NCBI GenBank assembly: GCA_965227405.1
Contig: OZ245758.1
Location: forward strand, 3,060,338-3,124,337
Reading direction: 5' to 3'
DNA from: Polyangiales bacterium
GTDB lineage: Bacteria > Myxococcota_A > Polyangia > Polyangiales > Houyiibacteriaceae
Length of the DNA: 64,000 nt
The notes below the pieces were generated by a model. The model was not told where the DNA came from and made no database searches. It saw only the letters and a program-made list of their open reading frames with translations. Made by a program: the position numbers and the translations under genes. Positions 18,990-31,715 of this stretch are shown here, one piece after another. The stretch's first letter is position 1. Every line of letters begins with the position of its first letter.

Positions 18990-20426
18990 ATGCGTGTTTG
19001 GACCTTGGGGCTGATGTTGATGGCCTGCGGTGGAGGCGGTGCGCCGACCGACGACGCAGGCACCGCAGATGTCGGAATGATGGACGCGGGATTGATGGAC
19101 GGTGGCGACATGCGCGACGCCGGACCTGACGGCGAGACACCCGACGCAGGAGAGGACGCTTCGGTCTGCGTCTGTGATTCGCCTCCAGCAGACGAGTGCG
19201 CCGATGCGACGACGCTGCGGGAGTACGCGCGTACGGGTGAATGCGTAGGCGGGGAATGCGAGTACGCGACTCGCGAAACAGAATGTGAGGTGCCGGCTCC
19301 AACCTGCGTGGATGATCTCGTGACGACGTGGTCGGACGCGGGATGCATGGACGGCGCGTGCGTTGCGACGCCTACGGAACTCAGCTGCAGCAACGGTTGC
19401 TGTGACGACGGTTGCTGCGAGATGACTCCCTCGAACAGCGATGAACTCGGTGGGTTGGGATCGAGTGTTTTGACCTTGGAGCCACCCGATGGGTTTACGT
19501 TCAACACCGACACGGATTGCGAAGGCACCACAGCGATTGGCGAGTGCACAGCAGTCGACGTGTTTGATTCCCCCGATGTGTGTGTATGTCGGTCGGAACG
19601 ACTGCGGATCGGCGGCACGCTGAACGTGGCCGGTTCACGGGCACTCGCGCTCTTCGCACGCGAAACCATTCTTGTGCGCGGAGTTCTCGATGCGTCCGGA
19701 ACCGGAACCATCTCGGGACCTGGTGCAGCGTTTGAGTACTCGACGGTTGCCACAGGATCCAACGGTGGCGCCGGAGGAAGCTACGGCTCCGAAGGTGCAG
19801 GCGCAGCGGCGTCTGTCTACGGCAACAGCGAGATCGTGCCCTTGCAAGGTGGCATGGACGGGCAGGACGCATGCGGAAGCCGTCGAGGCGGTGGAGGCGG
19901 TGGTGCGCTGCAGTTGTCGGCCGGGATCGACATCGAAGTCACTGGAATCATCGACGTGAGTGGCGGTGGCGGAGCCGGCGGAAACTCGAGTTCCAGTTGC
20001 AATGGCGGAGCGGGCGGAGGCAGCGGCGGTGCGGTGTTGATTGAAGCTCCTGCCGTGGAGATCACAGGCACCGTCGTCGCGAATGGTGGCGGTGGAGGAT
20101 CCGCGGCAACCAACTCGTCGTCCGGACGAAGTGGCTTCAACGGAAGTACGACCGGTGGCGGTGGAGGCGGCAGTGCACCCGAGTGCGGTTGTCCTCTCTT
20201 CGGTTACACCAACGGTGGAGACGGTGGGCGTGGGGCAAGCGGAACGTTTGGGCCTTCGTTCGGTGAGTCGTCGGACAGCGTAGGCGGCTGCATCGGAACG
20301 TGTGTTGTCGGTGGCGGTGGTGACGGTGGCGGCCTGGGCCGGATTCGCGTCAACACCACCAGCGGGTGTTTGTGCGGTGGCACGTTCTCACCAAACGCGA
20401 GCTTTGGCTCGGTGACCGTCGACTGA
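18990..20426 (+). CDS. Cys-rich / Gly-rich secreted lipoprotein
   Basis: MRVWTLGLMLMACGGGG lipobox; Cys-rich N-half, GGGGAGG poly-Gly C-half. Confidence 0.6.
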   Translation: MRVWTLGLMLMACGGGGAPTDDAGTADVGMMDAGLMDGGDMRDAGPDGETPDAGEDASVCVCDSPPADECADATTLREYARTGECVGGECEYATRETECEVPAPTCVDDLVTTWSDAGCMDGACVATPTELSCSNGCCDDGCCEMTPSNSDELGGLGSSVLTLEPPDGFTFNTDTDCEGTTAIGECTAVDVFDSPDVCVCRSERLRIGGTLNVAGSRALALFARETILVRGVLDASGTGTISGPGAAFEYSTVATGSNGGAGGSYGSEGAGAAASVYGNSEIVPLQGGMDGQDACGSRRGGGGGGALQLSAGIDIEVTGIIDVSGGGGAGGNSSSSCNGGAGGGSGGAVLIEAPAVEITGTVVANGGGGGSAATNSSSGRSGFNGSTTGGGGGGSAPECGCPLFGYTNGGDGGRGASGTFGPSFGESSDSVGGCIGTCVVGGGGDGGGLGRIRVNTTSGCLCGGTFSPNASFGSVTVD

Positions 20427-20442
20427 CGGACGTCGCGTCTCG

Positions 20443-20508
20443 ATCGGCGGGGATCCATCCCCGCCGATCCTCCTTAACCCAAAGCGGGCCGAGTAAATTC
20501 CTCGGCCC
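20443..20508. terminator. Two GC-rich hairpins between convergent genes (11-bp stem 20443-20468; 8-bp stem 20486-20508), putative bidirectional terminators
   Basis: atcggcgggga-tcca-tccccgccgat and gggccgag-taaattc-ctcggccc perfect inverted repeats; no strong U-tract. Confidence 0.35.
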
Positions 20509-20519
20509 GCAAAGGGGAT

Positions 20520-21155
20520 TCAACTACGCGCGCTGTGCAGCATCTTGGCGTACACGACCGGTGCAAGCGTGCCGATGAAGAGCAGCGCCATGCACACGAC
20601 CACGCCGGTTACGCCCTCGAGCACGAAGCCAGCGCCGATCATCGCCACGCTCGAGATCACGATCGACTTCGCAGCGAAACGATGCGTGAGCTTCCAGATG
20701 GTGGGATCGTTCATGGTTGCCTTGAGCCGGTAGCCCATCACTCGGTTGGGCTCGGTCAGCGGCATCATGCCGGCGATCGCAATCATCAAGATTCCGATCA
20801 GCCCAAACATCGCCGAGAGCAAGAAGGCCATCGTCGGGGTGAGCGCTGCATGAATCATCATGGCGTGCACACCGAAGAAGAAGCCGGCCATCGCTGCCAT
20901 GGTCCATCCGAAGAGCGCCTGAGTCTTTTCAGACTCGCGCAGCGCAATGAACGGAAGGCCTAGGCTCAGCGCCAACGAGAGAAGCGGCATGAGCAGCAGC
21001 CCCACGGCCTTGGGCGCGAACCCATCGGGCATGCCCTCGGGACCCCAATGGATGGGCATCCTGTCCGGCAAGCTGGGCGCAGCGACCCACGAAACACCCA
21101 GGCCCGCGACGCTCGCGAGCACTGAAACCACTTTTGATCGAGTCCGATTCCACAT
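20520..21155 (-). CDS. SdpI/YhfL family membrane protein (DUF1648 + SdpI-like)
   Basis: MPIHWGPEGMPDGF DUF1648 motif, multiple TM helices; ATG 21155 preceded by GGAGG. Confidence 0.65.
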   Translation of the reverse strand: MWNRTRSKVVSVLASVAGLGVSWVAAPSLPDRMPIHWGPEGMPDGFAPKAVGLLLMPLLSLALSLGLPFIALRESEKTQALFGWTMAAMAGFFFGVHAMMIHAALTPTMAFLLSAMFGLIGILMIAIAGMMPLTEPNRVMGYRLKATMNDPTIWKLTHRFAAKSIVISSVAMIGAGFVLEGVTGVVVCMALLFIGTLAPVVYAKMLHSARS

Positions 21156-21344
21156 GACAACCTCCACCGGGGAGAAATGCAGGAGGTGGACCAGTCAAAG
21201 TGTTGGAATTTATCGAGTTTTCGAGACGATCGTGGCGAGATCGGGGAAATTCGCCCGGATCGTTTCGATCCCGCAACCCTGTGATTTCAGGTACTTAGCG
21301 AGCATGGGTCGGTTCATTAATGAACCTGTCCCCAGAATTTACAC

Positions 21345-22292
21345 CTAGTTGGTGCAGGTGATGCCTTCGGCGCTTCCGATCGCGGGGTAGCGGTAGACGG
21401 CCGCGTAGCACATCTCCTGAAGGCTGCTGTCGCCGTAGCCCACGTCGTCAGCGGTCGGGTTGTCGTAGCGACACAGCACGTTGATTCGGTCGCCGGTGCC
21501 CATCGGAAGTGCGTCGAACGTGGTGTAGCGCTGATCGTCGAACGAGTAGAGGTCCTCGTGCAGCGTGGTGAGTTCGCCGTCTCGCTCAGCGGTCACGTGC
21601 ATGAACGTTCCAAACTGGTGCATGTGCGGCATCACGGCGAACACGTTGACGTCGCTGCCCATGGTGCAGCGCCCGTTGATCTCGTGGTTCATTGAACGCG
21701 CCGGAATGTTGAAGAACTCTTCGCCGGCCAACACAACCTCGGCTTCGTTCACGACGTCTTCTTCGTCCATCAGCACAGCTTCGATCGCCGAGTATCCCGT
21801 CAAGCGATCGCCGTCGGTGTTGAAGAGGTGCAGGTTCAGCAGCAGCTGGTTGCCCGGCTCCAAACGAATCGCCACGCCCTCGGGCAACGTCAGCGGCTCG
21901 GTGCCAACTCCGGATCCGAAAATCATGTTGTCGGCGTTGGTAAACGCTGCACACGCGGTCGTTCCATCAGGGCGCAGCGCGCTGTCGCTGTACGTCAACA
22001 CGGTATGGTGCGTGCCCAGCGGTGCAACCGGACGAAACTCTCGGATGAACAAGGTCTCTTCGACGGTGAGACGGACACACACGTAGCCCTCCGAGCCACC
22101 GTCCATGCTCCAGTCACCGCCGACCAGTTCGATCACGCGCTCGGTCGTCGCGTCGATCGCCGGGACATCCGCCCCCGGTGCATCAACCGCAGGAACGTCC
22201 GGCATGGTGCCAGCGTCGTTCATCGGTGTGCCGTCGTCGTCTCCACACGCCATCGCCAGTACAAGGCCGCAGAGCGCGATTCGTCGGTGCAT
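21345..22292 (-). CDS. Hypothetical secreted lipoprotein
   Basis: MHRRIALCGLVLAMACGDDD lipobox. Confidence 0.55.
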   Translation of the reverse strand: MHRRIALCGLVLAMACGDDDGTPMNDAGTMPDVPAVDAPGADVPAIDATTERVIELVGGDWSMDGGSEGYVCVRLTVEETLFIREFRPVAPLGTHHTVLTYSDSALRPDGTTACAAFTNADNMIFGSGVGTEPLTLPEGVAIRLEPGNQLLLNLHLFNTDGDRLTGYSAIEAVLMDEEDVVNEAEVVLAGEEFFNIPARSMNHEINGRCTMGSDVNVFAVMPHMHQFGTFMHVTAERDGELTTLHEDLYSFDDQRYTTFDALPMGTGDRINVLCRYDNPTADDVGYGDSSLQEMCYAAVYRYPAIGSAEGITCTN

Positions 22293-22532
22293 GCGTCGTC
22301 CCAAAATGTCCTCCCAAGAGCGCTGAGCAGCATGTCATGAGGCGCTCAACTCGTCAGATACAACCCGCGCTAGAGCGCTTGATTTCACTGTGTTTGCGAC
22401 CACGAAAAACGTTGCAAAAACCTTCCCGAAAACAGGTCGCAAAGCGGCAGGATTTCGCAGTTGTAAACATTTGAAATTGCAGGGCAATTATCCCCTCTAA
22501 ACGGTTGCCTGAGAGGGGGTGCAGAGCTATAG

Positions 22533-25112
<2,580 letters not shown>

Positions 25113-25150
25113 GCTTGATCTCGCTGCATTAGAGACGCATACGGGTGGTG

Positions 25151-25708
25151 ATGAGCGAAGCCGATCCCAAGACCGACGCAGAGATGAAGACTGCGATCGA
25201 CGACTTGCTCCGCGAGGTGCGTCACGAACGCGACAAGTGGGATGGTGCACTGTCCACGTTTCGAGGATTTCTCGAAGGCGACATGAAAAGCGTTGCGCGC
25301 GATCTCCTGAAGGCAGCCGCCAAGCGTGAGCGTTTGGAGTTGCAGTGGACGCTCGATGAGCTGCTCGAAGAAACCGCACCGCCCGAGCCGAAGAAGAAGG
25401 CACCACCGCCTGCACGTGAGCCGGCGCCTGAACCTGAAGCGCCGCCGACCAACGCAGCACCTGGACAGCTTCGTCCCGAGGACCTCGTGCCCATCTACGA
25501 CGACCCGCGTGGCTTGATGATCCATCGCCACAAAACCGACGGGCGTTGGTTCCTGACACAGATCAACCCGCAGACGGGACAGCCGCAGACCATGGAACTC
25601 GCGGAGCACCACAAGTCGCAAATCCAGGCGGAGCTCGCGGGTAGCCCGCACTGGCTCGAGAAGTCTTGGGCTGGAAGCGGCGGTCCGACCGGCGGCCTGA
25701 TTACCTAG
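25151..25708 (+). CDS. Hypothetical protein (Pro/Ala/Glu-rich linker)
   Basis: ORF downstream of gyrB; ATG 25151; TAG stop. Confidence 0.45.
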   Translation: MSEADPKTDAEMKTAIDDLLREVRHERDKWDGALSTFRGFLEGDMKSVARDLLKAAAKRERLELQWTLDELLEETAPPEPKKKAPPPAREPAPEPEAPPTNAAPGQLRPEDLVPIYDDPRGLMIHRHKTDGRWFLTQINPQTGQPQTMELAEHHKSQIQAELAGSPHWLEKSWAGSGGPTGGLIT

Positions 25709-26181
25709 TCACTCAGGACATGTCCCGCGGTTGAATCGCCAGCGTTGTCGACGTGAACCATCCAGTTGCTCGATGGTGGCGCGAAGGCGCTCGCCGTCGT
25801 CGCTCAGCTTGTAGGCGATGCGCTGCGGGTGATCGTGCTCGGCGTTTTCGAACACCGCGTCGTGCGACGTCAGTCGAACGAGCGTGAACTCGATGGGTGA
25901 GCGCTGCGGATTGGCTTCGTAAACCAACACACCGCCTCGCCGCACGATGTGCAGATCTTCTTCGGTCATCTCCTGGCCCGCGCTCTCGAGAGTGGCGCGG
26001 CCGACCAGTTCGGTTCCGTGGAGCATTCGCCAACGTTCCCAGGAATGGCGTTCACCATCGCACTCGACCCAATCGCCTTCGAGCCAACTCAGATCCTCAA
26101 TGCGCGGGTTTTCGATGGGCGGTCGATTCGACGGACCACACGCGACAAGCACCACAACTCCCAGCAGTCGCACGAGCATGC
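25709..26181 (-). CDS. Hypothetical lipoprotein
   Basis: MLVRLLGVVVLVACGPS lipobox at internal ATG 26181. Confidence 0.5.
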
Positions 26182-26212
26182 GCGGACCATAGCACCGGGG
26201 TAGGCTGCGCTC

Positions 26213-26917
26213 ATGGATCCGGTTAGCGGCTTGGCACTTGTGGTCGGCGGAATCGCGACCGGAGCCGTGTTGATCGCGAGTTTTCGCGATCGCGTTGTCG
26301 TGCGTTCCCTGGCAAAGCGATTGCGCAATCCCAAAACCCGAGCACGCGCTTTGGAGGACTTGCATCGCCGCGTTGCGATGGCGTTTTCATCGGGCAACGC
26401 GTTTCGTTGTGAAGAGGCGATGCGCTACGCGCTCGAGCCGATGATTGTGGCGGGTCTCTGGGACGACGTTGCTGCGCTCACCATGCAGTACCAATCCCCA
26501 TCGAGTACGGGTCCCTTCTGGAGCTGGCTAGCAGGAGTGCGGGCACTCGCCGAGTTGCATCGTGGAGATGCCGAGGCTGCAGAAGAAGCCCTCGCGGGCA
26601 TTCAGATCGACAAAGGTTGGCTTGCTGCAGTAGACGCGTTGCGACTTGCGGTTGCAGGCGATGGGGACGCAGCGTTTGAGCGTTTGCAGTCGTTGCAGGG
26701 GCGGATCGGTGTTGCGGCTCGCTACCAGCGTGACCTCGCCGAAGTCCACGCGCTTGCAGCAACGGGAAAGCGCGATCAAGCAAAGTCGATCCTAGAGAAG
26801 CGCTTTGCGGAGCAAGACGGCTTTCTTGAAGCCGTTGTGGCGCTTGAAGGGCCCGCGTCGCCAATCGCCCGTTCGATTCTAGCGGGTGCGGTAGGCCCGT
26901 TTCGTGCGGCGGGCTAG
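26213..26917 (+). CDS. Hypothetical membrane-anchored alpha-helical protein
   Basis: N-term TM LALVVGGIATGAVLIA; Ala/Leu-rich. Confidence 0.45.
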   Translation: MDPVSGLALVVGGIATGAVLIASFRDRVVVRSLAKRLRNPKTRARALEDLHRRVAMAFSSGNAFRCEEAMRYALEPMIVAGLWDDVAALTMQYQSPSSTGPFWSWLAGVRALAELHRGDAEAAEEALAGIQIDKGWLAAVDALRLAVAGDGDAAFERLQSLQGRIGVAARYQRDLAEVHALAATGKRDQAKSILEKRFAEQDGFLEAVVALEGPASPIARSILAGAVGPFRAAG

Positions 26918-26931
26918 CAACCAAGCAGCTT

Positions 26932-27207
26932 TCAGTCGCGGGTGGAAGGCTCTTCAAAAAACCGACAGTAGCCCCGACCGGTGCCGGGTTCGTCCAGGCA
27001 TCGTTCTTGGCGGCCACAGTCTTCGTCGGTGTCACACGGATCCGAACACACGCCGGTGCACTCACCGGGACCACACGCGACGGTTCGCGCGCAGATCAGG
27101 CTTCCACCACAGTCGTTCTCGTCTTGGCAGATCGAATCTTTGTCGGACGCGCAGCCAGAGAGAACCAAAAGACCCAAAGCCGCGAATGAGAGAGCGAGTT
27201 TCGTCAT
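26932..27207 (-). CDS. Small Cys-rich lipoprotein (~91 aa)
   Basis: MTKLALSFAALGLLVLSGC lipobox; 12 Cys. Confidence 0.5.
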   Translation of the reverse strand: MTKLALSFAALGLLVLSGCASDKDSICQDENDCGGSLICARTVACGPGECTGVCSDPCDTDEDCGRQERCLDEPGTGRGYCRFFEEPSTRD

Positions 27208-27244
27208 GTGCGTTCCAGAAGAAAGTGTGCAGTAGACTCGAAGG

Positions 27245-27841
27245 ATGTCCTTGAGTTGCCGAAGGCAACTTCGAACGAGCCGGAGCGTCGTAGCACACTC
27301 TTGGCTTTTGTGCGCCCTGTTCGCTTGCTCCGAGCCCAGCGAACAAAGTTCCACCATCCGCTGTCCCATGTCCTCGACACCCGACGAATCACGGGCACAA
27401 GCGCTGCACGCCCGGCTTACGGGCACCGAAGCTGAGAGTTACGTGGCTGCGCCTCATCAGGTTTGCTTTAGCGTTCGCGGGCCCGCAGTTGTGACCAGCG
27501 AAGGTGTGGTGATGCTTCCACGCGACGGGGATGACACCGCGCTCGCGGCGCGCCTGGGGCATCTTCTCGAGCACGTGACGCGCGGAACCCTGCGGCCTGG
27601 GACCGATTGCGACGCTCTGGTGCAGGAAGCGCTGGAGCGTGAAGCATCGGCCTACGCGTTAGAGATCCGACTGCGTGACCGTTTCGGCTTAGGTACGGCA
27701 GACTTCGTCGATCTCGAAACTGCGTATCGTCGCGAGGGCGAAGCCGGCATTCTGAACTGGTTGGTGGCACACCCAGAGGGTGGTGCGGGCGTCGACGCAC
27801 TGGCGCGTAGCTACCAAGAGCGATGCGAGGCTGGACAATGA
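27245..27841 (+). CDS. Hypothetical protein
   Basis: ORF translationally coupled (ATGA at 27838) to the downstream vWA gene. Confidence 0.4.
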   Translation: MSLSCRRQLRTSRSVVAHSWLLCALFACSEPSEQSSTIRCPMSSTPDESRAQALHARLTGTEAESYVAAPHQVCFSVRGPAVVTSEGVVMLPRDGDDTALAARLGHLLEHVTRGTLRPGTDCDALVQEALEREASAYALEIRLRDRFGLGTADFVDLETAYRREGEAGILNWLVAHPEGGAGVDALARSYQERCEAGQ

Positions 27842-28971
27842 AGTGGTGTGTTTGGGTAGCCGTGCTTGTCGCATGTGGTGGTGACGACCGTCCGACAGCG
27901 GATGGATCGATCGAAGGTGACGCTGCGACCGATACTGCGATCGACACTGCCACCGATACGCCGCGAACAGACTCCGCGATCGATGTTCCCGGTCCAGTGT
28001 GTGAAACGGTCAGTGCGCGTGCCGAGCCCTTGCCTGCGACGCTGCTCTTTCAGATCGACACCAGCAACTCGATGAACTGCGCGTTTGGGGATGTCGGTTG
28101 TCTGACTGACGACCCAACACCGGATCCGAACGACTCGCGCTGGGACGTGTTGACGCGCGAGCTCTCCACTGCGTTGGGTACAGCACCCGGAGGCAACCGA
28201 GTTGGTGCCATGCGCTTTCCCCGCACAGGCGGTGCGTGCGCGAACGATGAGCTGCTGACGCCGATTGCTCCGTTGGAAACGAACCTGGACACCTTGCGGA
28301 CTTCGATCGGAGCGATTGTGCCCGACGGATTGAGCACGCCGACCCACGACGCAGTCGCGTTTGGTCTTTCACAGTTGAGTGGTCAGGAGCGTCCCTACCT
28401 GGTGTTGGCGACCGATGGCGACGCGCGCGTCTGCTTTGGTTGTGACACCGATTGCGCGTTTGACGATCCAAGTGCACTCGACCGCGACAACGACGACTTG
28501 GTGGCTCGGGTTCAAAGCGCTGCAGAATCAGGCGTGCCCACGTTTGTGGTCGGCGTTCCAGGTTCGCAGGTGTACCGCCAGGTACTCAGTCGAATCGCTA
28601 CAGCGGGTGGAACTGCCCGCGAAGGATGCAGTGATATTGGTCCCACGTTTTGTCACTTCGACTTGAGCGAACCTGGAATCGACTTCGCAGGCGAGTTGGC
28701 TGCAGCGTTGGCCGAGATTGGCGAAGCCGTGATCGCGTGCGAGTACGACATTCCGGACAACCCTGATGGAGCGTTCGATGCGACGCGCGTGAACGTGCGG
28801 ATCACGACCGACGGAACGGAAGAAACGATCGGTCGCGACGAAACGCGAAGCGCGGGTTGGGACTACACCGACGACATGTCGCGGATCGAGCTCCACGGAA
28901 CCGCCTGCGAAGCAGCGCGTGCAGCGGATCAGTTGGACATCCTGTTTGGTTGTCCAACGATTCTCATTTGA
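27838..28971 (+). CDS. von Willebrand factor type A (vWA) domain lipoprotein
   Basis: MKWCVWVAVLVACGGDD lipobox; MIDAS-like LLFQIDTSNSM ... LATDGD. Confidence 0.7.
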   Translation: MKWCVWVAVLVACGGDDRPTADGSIEGDAATDTAIDTATDTPRTDSAIDVPGPVCETVSARAEPLPATLLFQIDTSNSMNCAFGDVGCLTDDPTPDPNDSRWDVLTRELSTALGTAPGGNRVGAMRFPRTGGACANDELLTPIAPLETNLDTLRTSIGAIVPDGLSTPTHDAVAFGLSQLSGQERPYLVLATDGDARVCFGCDTDCAFDDPSALDRDNDDLVARVQSAAESGVPTFVVGVPGSQVYRQVLSRIATAGGTAREGCSDIGPTFCHFDLSEPGIDFAGELAAALAEIGEAVIACEYDIPDNPDGAFDATRVNVRITTDGTEETIGRDETRSAGWDYTDDMSRIELHGTACEAARAADQLDILFGCPTILI

Positions 28972-28976
28972 GCGGG

Positions 28977-30755
28977 CTACCCCCGGATCGCACTAAACAA
29001 CAACGACGGGATCTGACGAATCGACGGCTTCGCGTTGAACTTCACCAGCTTCTTCCCGATCTCGTGACTGGTCTTGTTCGTCACGAACCACGCGGGAGTG
29101 GGTTGCACCATGAAGGGTCCACGAATCACCGACTTTTGCGGCTTATCGAAGAGATACGTGTTGTGCACCACACCAATGCCAGAGCCGATGCTCTCCTTGG
29201 TGTGTCCCGGATACGCACCCCACGTCGTCGCCACAAAGCCGTAGCTCAGCGCCGACCAGTGGTTCACGGCCACCGATCCGTAGCGCAGGTCTGCAATCGC
29301 TTGTTCAACCGCTTCGGCAATACGCGGGTTCTCGAGCGTCTTCGGATGCACCACGATCGAGCAGCTCAACGTTCCCCACAGGTTCTCGTTGGCGAACTGC
29401 ACTGCCTTCTGGATGTAGGTGACCACGTCGGTCGCAGCGAGCGGCACTTCGCTCGTCACCCCACACCACGCTTCAGTCGTGAAGCAGATGTCGTCCTTCA
29501 CGTCGGAGTTCAAATCCGTGATGAAGGTCCAGGGCACTCGGCCGTCGCCGCGCGGACCAAACTGGAACGCGTCGGGATGATCCTTGAGGAACGCGTCGTG
29601 ACGATCCTCGGCACCCGGGTAGTAGGGCGCACGTGCGCCGGCCTGCTGGAACGCACGCTTGGTGGCATCGAGCAAAGCACTTCGCTGCGACCAGGCTTCA
29701 TGCGTGATGACCACGCGTGTGGCGTTGCAGTTGAAGCCCGCGTTGTTGGTCAGTGAGCTGGCGATGTTGGCGCCGTGGAAGTCGAGTTCCTTCTGCGACC
29801 ACGGACCGGGCACCACGATGATCGGCGTCACGTTGCCAAGCTCGCTGGTGATCTCCTTGTTGTTGCGGGGCTCGCCACGCTCCTTGCGCTTTTGCCCTTC
29901 TTCACCGAGGCCCCACACGATCGCGTCGTGGGTTTTGTCGCTTCCGGTGATGTGGATGTCCTCGACCAAGTCGTGGTTGCAGAGGTAGTCGCCTTCTTTG
30001 GCGCCGCCGTACACAACGCGAAGGAAGCCACCGCGAACCAGCGGTGCGAACGCCTGCTCGGTGATCGGACCCAGGTACTCGTTGACCGGGTTCATCTTGA
30101 GCACGACGACTTTGCCCTCGGCGAAGAGCTTGTATAGCGCGTCCATCGGCCCGATCGAGCTGACGTTGCCGGCACCGAGTACCAACGACACCGCGCCCTT
30201 GGTCGCGGGCTTCTTGTAGAAGACGCCCATCGTGGACTCGAGATTCGAGAGCGTGACCTCCGGGTCCATCCAAACTTCACCGGTAAACCCGGTGAACATG
30301 ATCTTGTCCCAGGTGTCGGTCGGGAACACCTGTGCGACGACCTGACCGTTGCTGCGGACCTTCGCCTTCTCAGGAAGCTTCGGTGCGCCGTGCTTCTTGA
30401 TGTCGCTCAACGTACGGATCAGCAGCTGCACGTTGCGGATGGTGACGACCGGACCGCCGAGCCATTCCTCACCCTCGGCCGGTGTTCCGCGCGTGATGCG
30501 CTTGGCGCGGCAGGCATCCGAAACCCAACGCTCCGCCGCGGCGAGCGTGGAGTCGAGCAACTCGTTGAGGATCGAAATGCGTTGTCCGATCGACATGCGT
30601 GCCCACTCGTCGGCGTGGTCACTCAACTCGGCGAGAGCTTTGTCGATCGCGTCGTTCGAGGTGGGGGGAATCTTTTGTTCGGCTTCGGGAATGGCCGCGG
30701 CGCCACGCTGCAATTGCATGGGCGAAAAGATGGGGGGTTGGGCCTTTCGCCGCAA
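28977..30755 (-). CDS. Aldehyde dehydrogenase family protein (long-form, ~590 aa)
   Basis: ELGNVTPIIV (ELGGKSP-like), FNCNATRVVI catalytic Cys region; alternative start 30719. Confidence 0.7.
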   Translation of the reverse strand: MRRKAQPPIFSPMQLQRGAAAIPEAEQKIPPTSNDAIDKALAELSDHADEWARMSIGQRISILNELLDSTLAAAERWVSDACRAKRITRGTPAEGEEWLGGPVVTIRNVQLLIRTLSDIKKHGAPKLPEKAKVRSNGQVVAQVFPTDTWDKIMFTGFTGEVWMDPEVTLSNLESTMGVFYKKPATKGAVSLVLGAGNVSSIGPMDALYKLFAEGKVVVLKMNPVNEYLGPITEQAFAPLVRGGFLRVVYGGAKEGDYLCNHDLVEDIHITGSDKTHDAIVWGLGEEGQKRKERGEPRNNKEITSELGNVTPIIVVPGPWSQKELDFHGANIASSLTNNAGFNCNATRVVITHEAWSQRSALLDATKRAFQQAGARAPYYPGAEDRHDAFLKDHPDAFQFGPRGDGRVPWTFITDLNSDVKDDICFTTEAWCGVTSEVPLAATDVVTYIQKAVQFANENLWGTLSCSIVVHPKTLENPRIAEAVEQAIADLRYGSVAVNHWSALSYGFVATTWGAYPGHTKESIGSGIGVVHNTYLFDKPQKSVIRGPFMVQPTPAWFVTNKTSHEIGKKLVKFNAKPSIRQIPSLLFSAIRG

Positions 30756-30789
30756 GGGCTGCGGCCTCGATTTTGGCGGGAAATACCGC

Positions 30790-31677
30790 TTAGCTGCGAT
30801 AGCCCGCGGGATCGATGCCGTAGCGCTCTTTGAATGCCCGACTGAAGTGGCTTCGAGACGAAAATCCGACCTTGCTGGCGACTTCCTTCACCGCCAAGTC
30901 ACTCGACTTCAAGAGTTTTGCGGCGCGTTCCAATCGCACTTCTTTGACCAGCTCGACAGCGGAACGACCAAACGCAGCATTGAACGCTTCACTAAACGAG
31001 CTGCGGCTCATCCCGGCGAGTTGGGCGAGCGAATCGAGCGTATGACGCTTCGCAGGGTCGTCGAAGATCGCGTCGAGTACGCGCGCGAAGCGATCGTCTT
31101 GCAGCGCGGTCAACCAAGGCAGCGCACTCGAGTCTTGGCACATTCCGCGAAAGAGATGGATGAGCACTTGCTCCATTAGAAGTTCCATCATGCGTCGCCC
31201 TCCGGGACGCGGTTCACGTTGTTCGGCGAGCATCGAATCGAAGAGATGGCCGGCATTGTTGAGGTCGATCACCAACGGTTGGTGCAGCGAATCGAAGAGT
31301 CCCGTGCCGGTGACCTCGTGGGTCACTTGGAGTCGTCCGCACGTCATCAAAATACCGACCGCTTGATCCTCGCCGACGCGGTACTCGTTGAGTCCGAGTT
31401 CATCGAGCGTGCACGCCGCTTGCGCGAGTCCGACCGTTTGTCCCGCATGTTCCGGTTCGATGCGGTGGTTCATGCCCGCGGGAACGACGACCAACGTGCG
31501 CGGTGCGATCGGAGCTTCGTATGTTCCGGCGAGAACTTTGCCCGTGCCTGCGACGACGAAGTGAAGGTGGAACTCGTGTGGCGCCGCCATCTCGAGACTC
31601 CAACCGCGGTTGACCCGACACACCGCAAAGGGTTCGATGGAAACGCCAACGTGATCGAGCAGGCGGTCGAGAATCAC
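30790..31677 (-). CDS. AraC family transcriptional regulator (cupin + HTH)
   Basis: C-term ...SFSEAFNAAFGRS...HFSRAFKERYGIDPAGYRS AraC HTH signature. Confidence 0.85.
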   Translation of the reverse strand: MILDRLLDHVGVSIEPFAVCRVNRGWSLEMAAPHEFHLHFVVAGTGKVLAGTYEAPIAPRTLVVVPAGMNHRIEPEHAGQTVGLAQAACTLDELGLNEYRVGEDQAVGILMTCGRLQVTHEVTGTGLFDSLHQPLVIDLNNAGHLFDSMLAEQREPRPGGRRMMELLMEQVLIHLFRGMCQDSSALPWLTALQDDRFARVLDAIFDDPAKRHTLDSLAQLAGMSRSSFSEAFNAAFGRSAVELVKEVRLERAAKLLKSSDLAVKEVASKVGFSSRSHFSRAFKERYGIDPAGYRS

Positions 31678-31715
31678 CCGCGCAAGTCTATTTCACCCAA
31701 CGTGTGAACGGGAAC

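Noticed and set aside
18956-19762. 268-aa minus-strand ORF antisense to the Cys/Gly-rich lipoprotein. The same reasoning covers many other antisense ORFs (e.g. 1123-1635, 7067-7645, 23679-24323, 24348-25559, 49339-50487)
   Set aside because: These are typical long antisense open frames of a 68%-GC genome: Arg/Pro/Ala-rich translations with no motifs, embedded in well-supported genes on the other strand.
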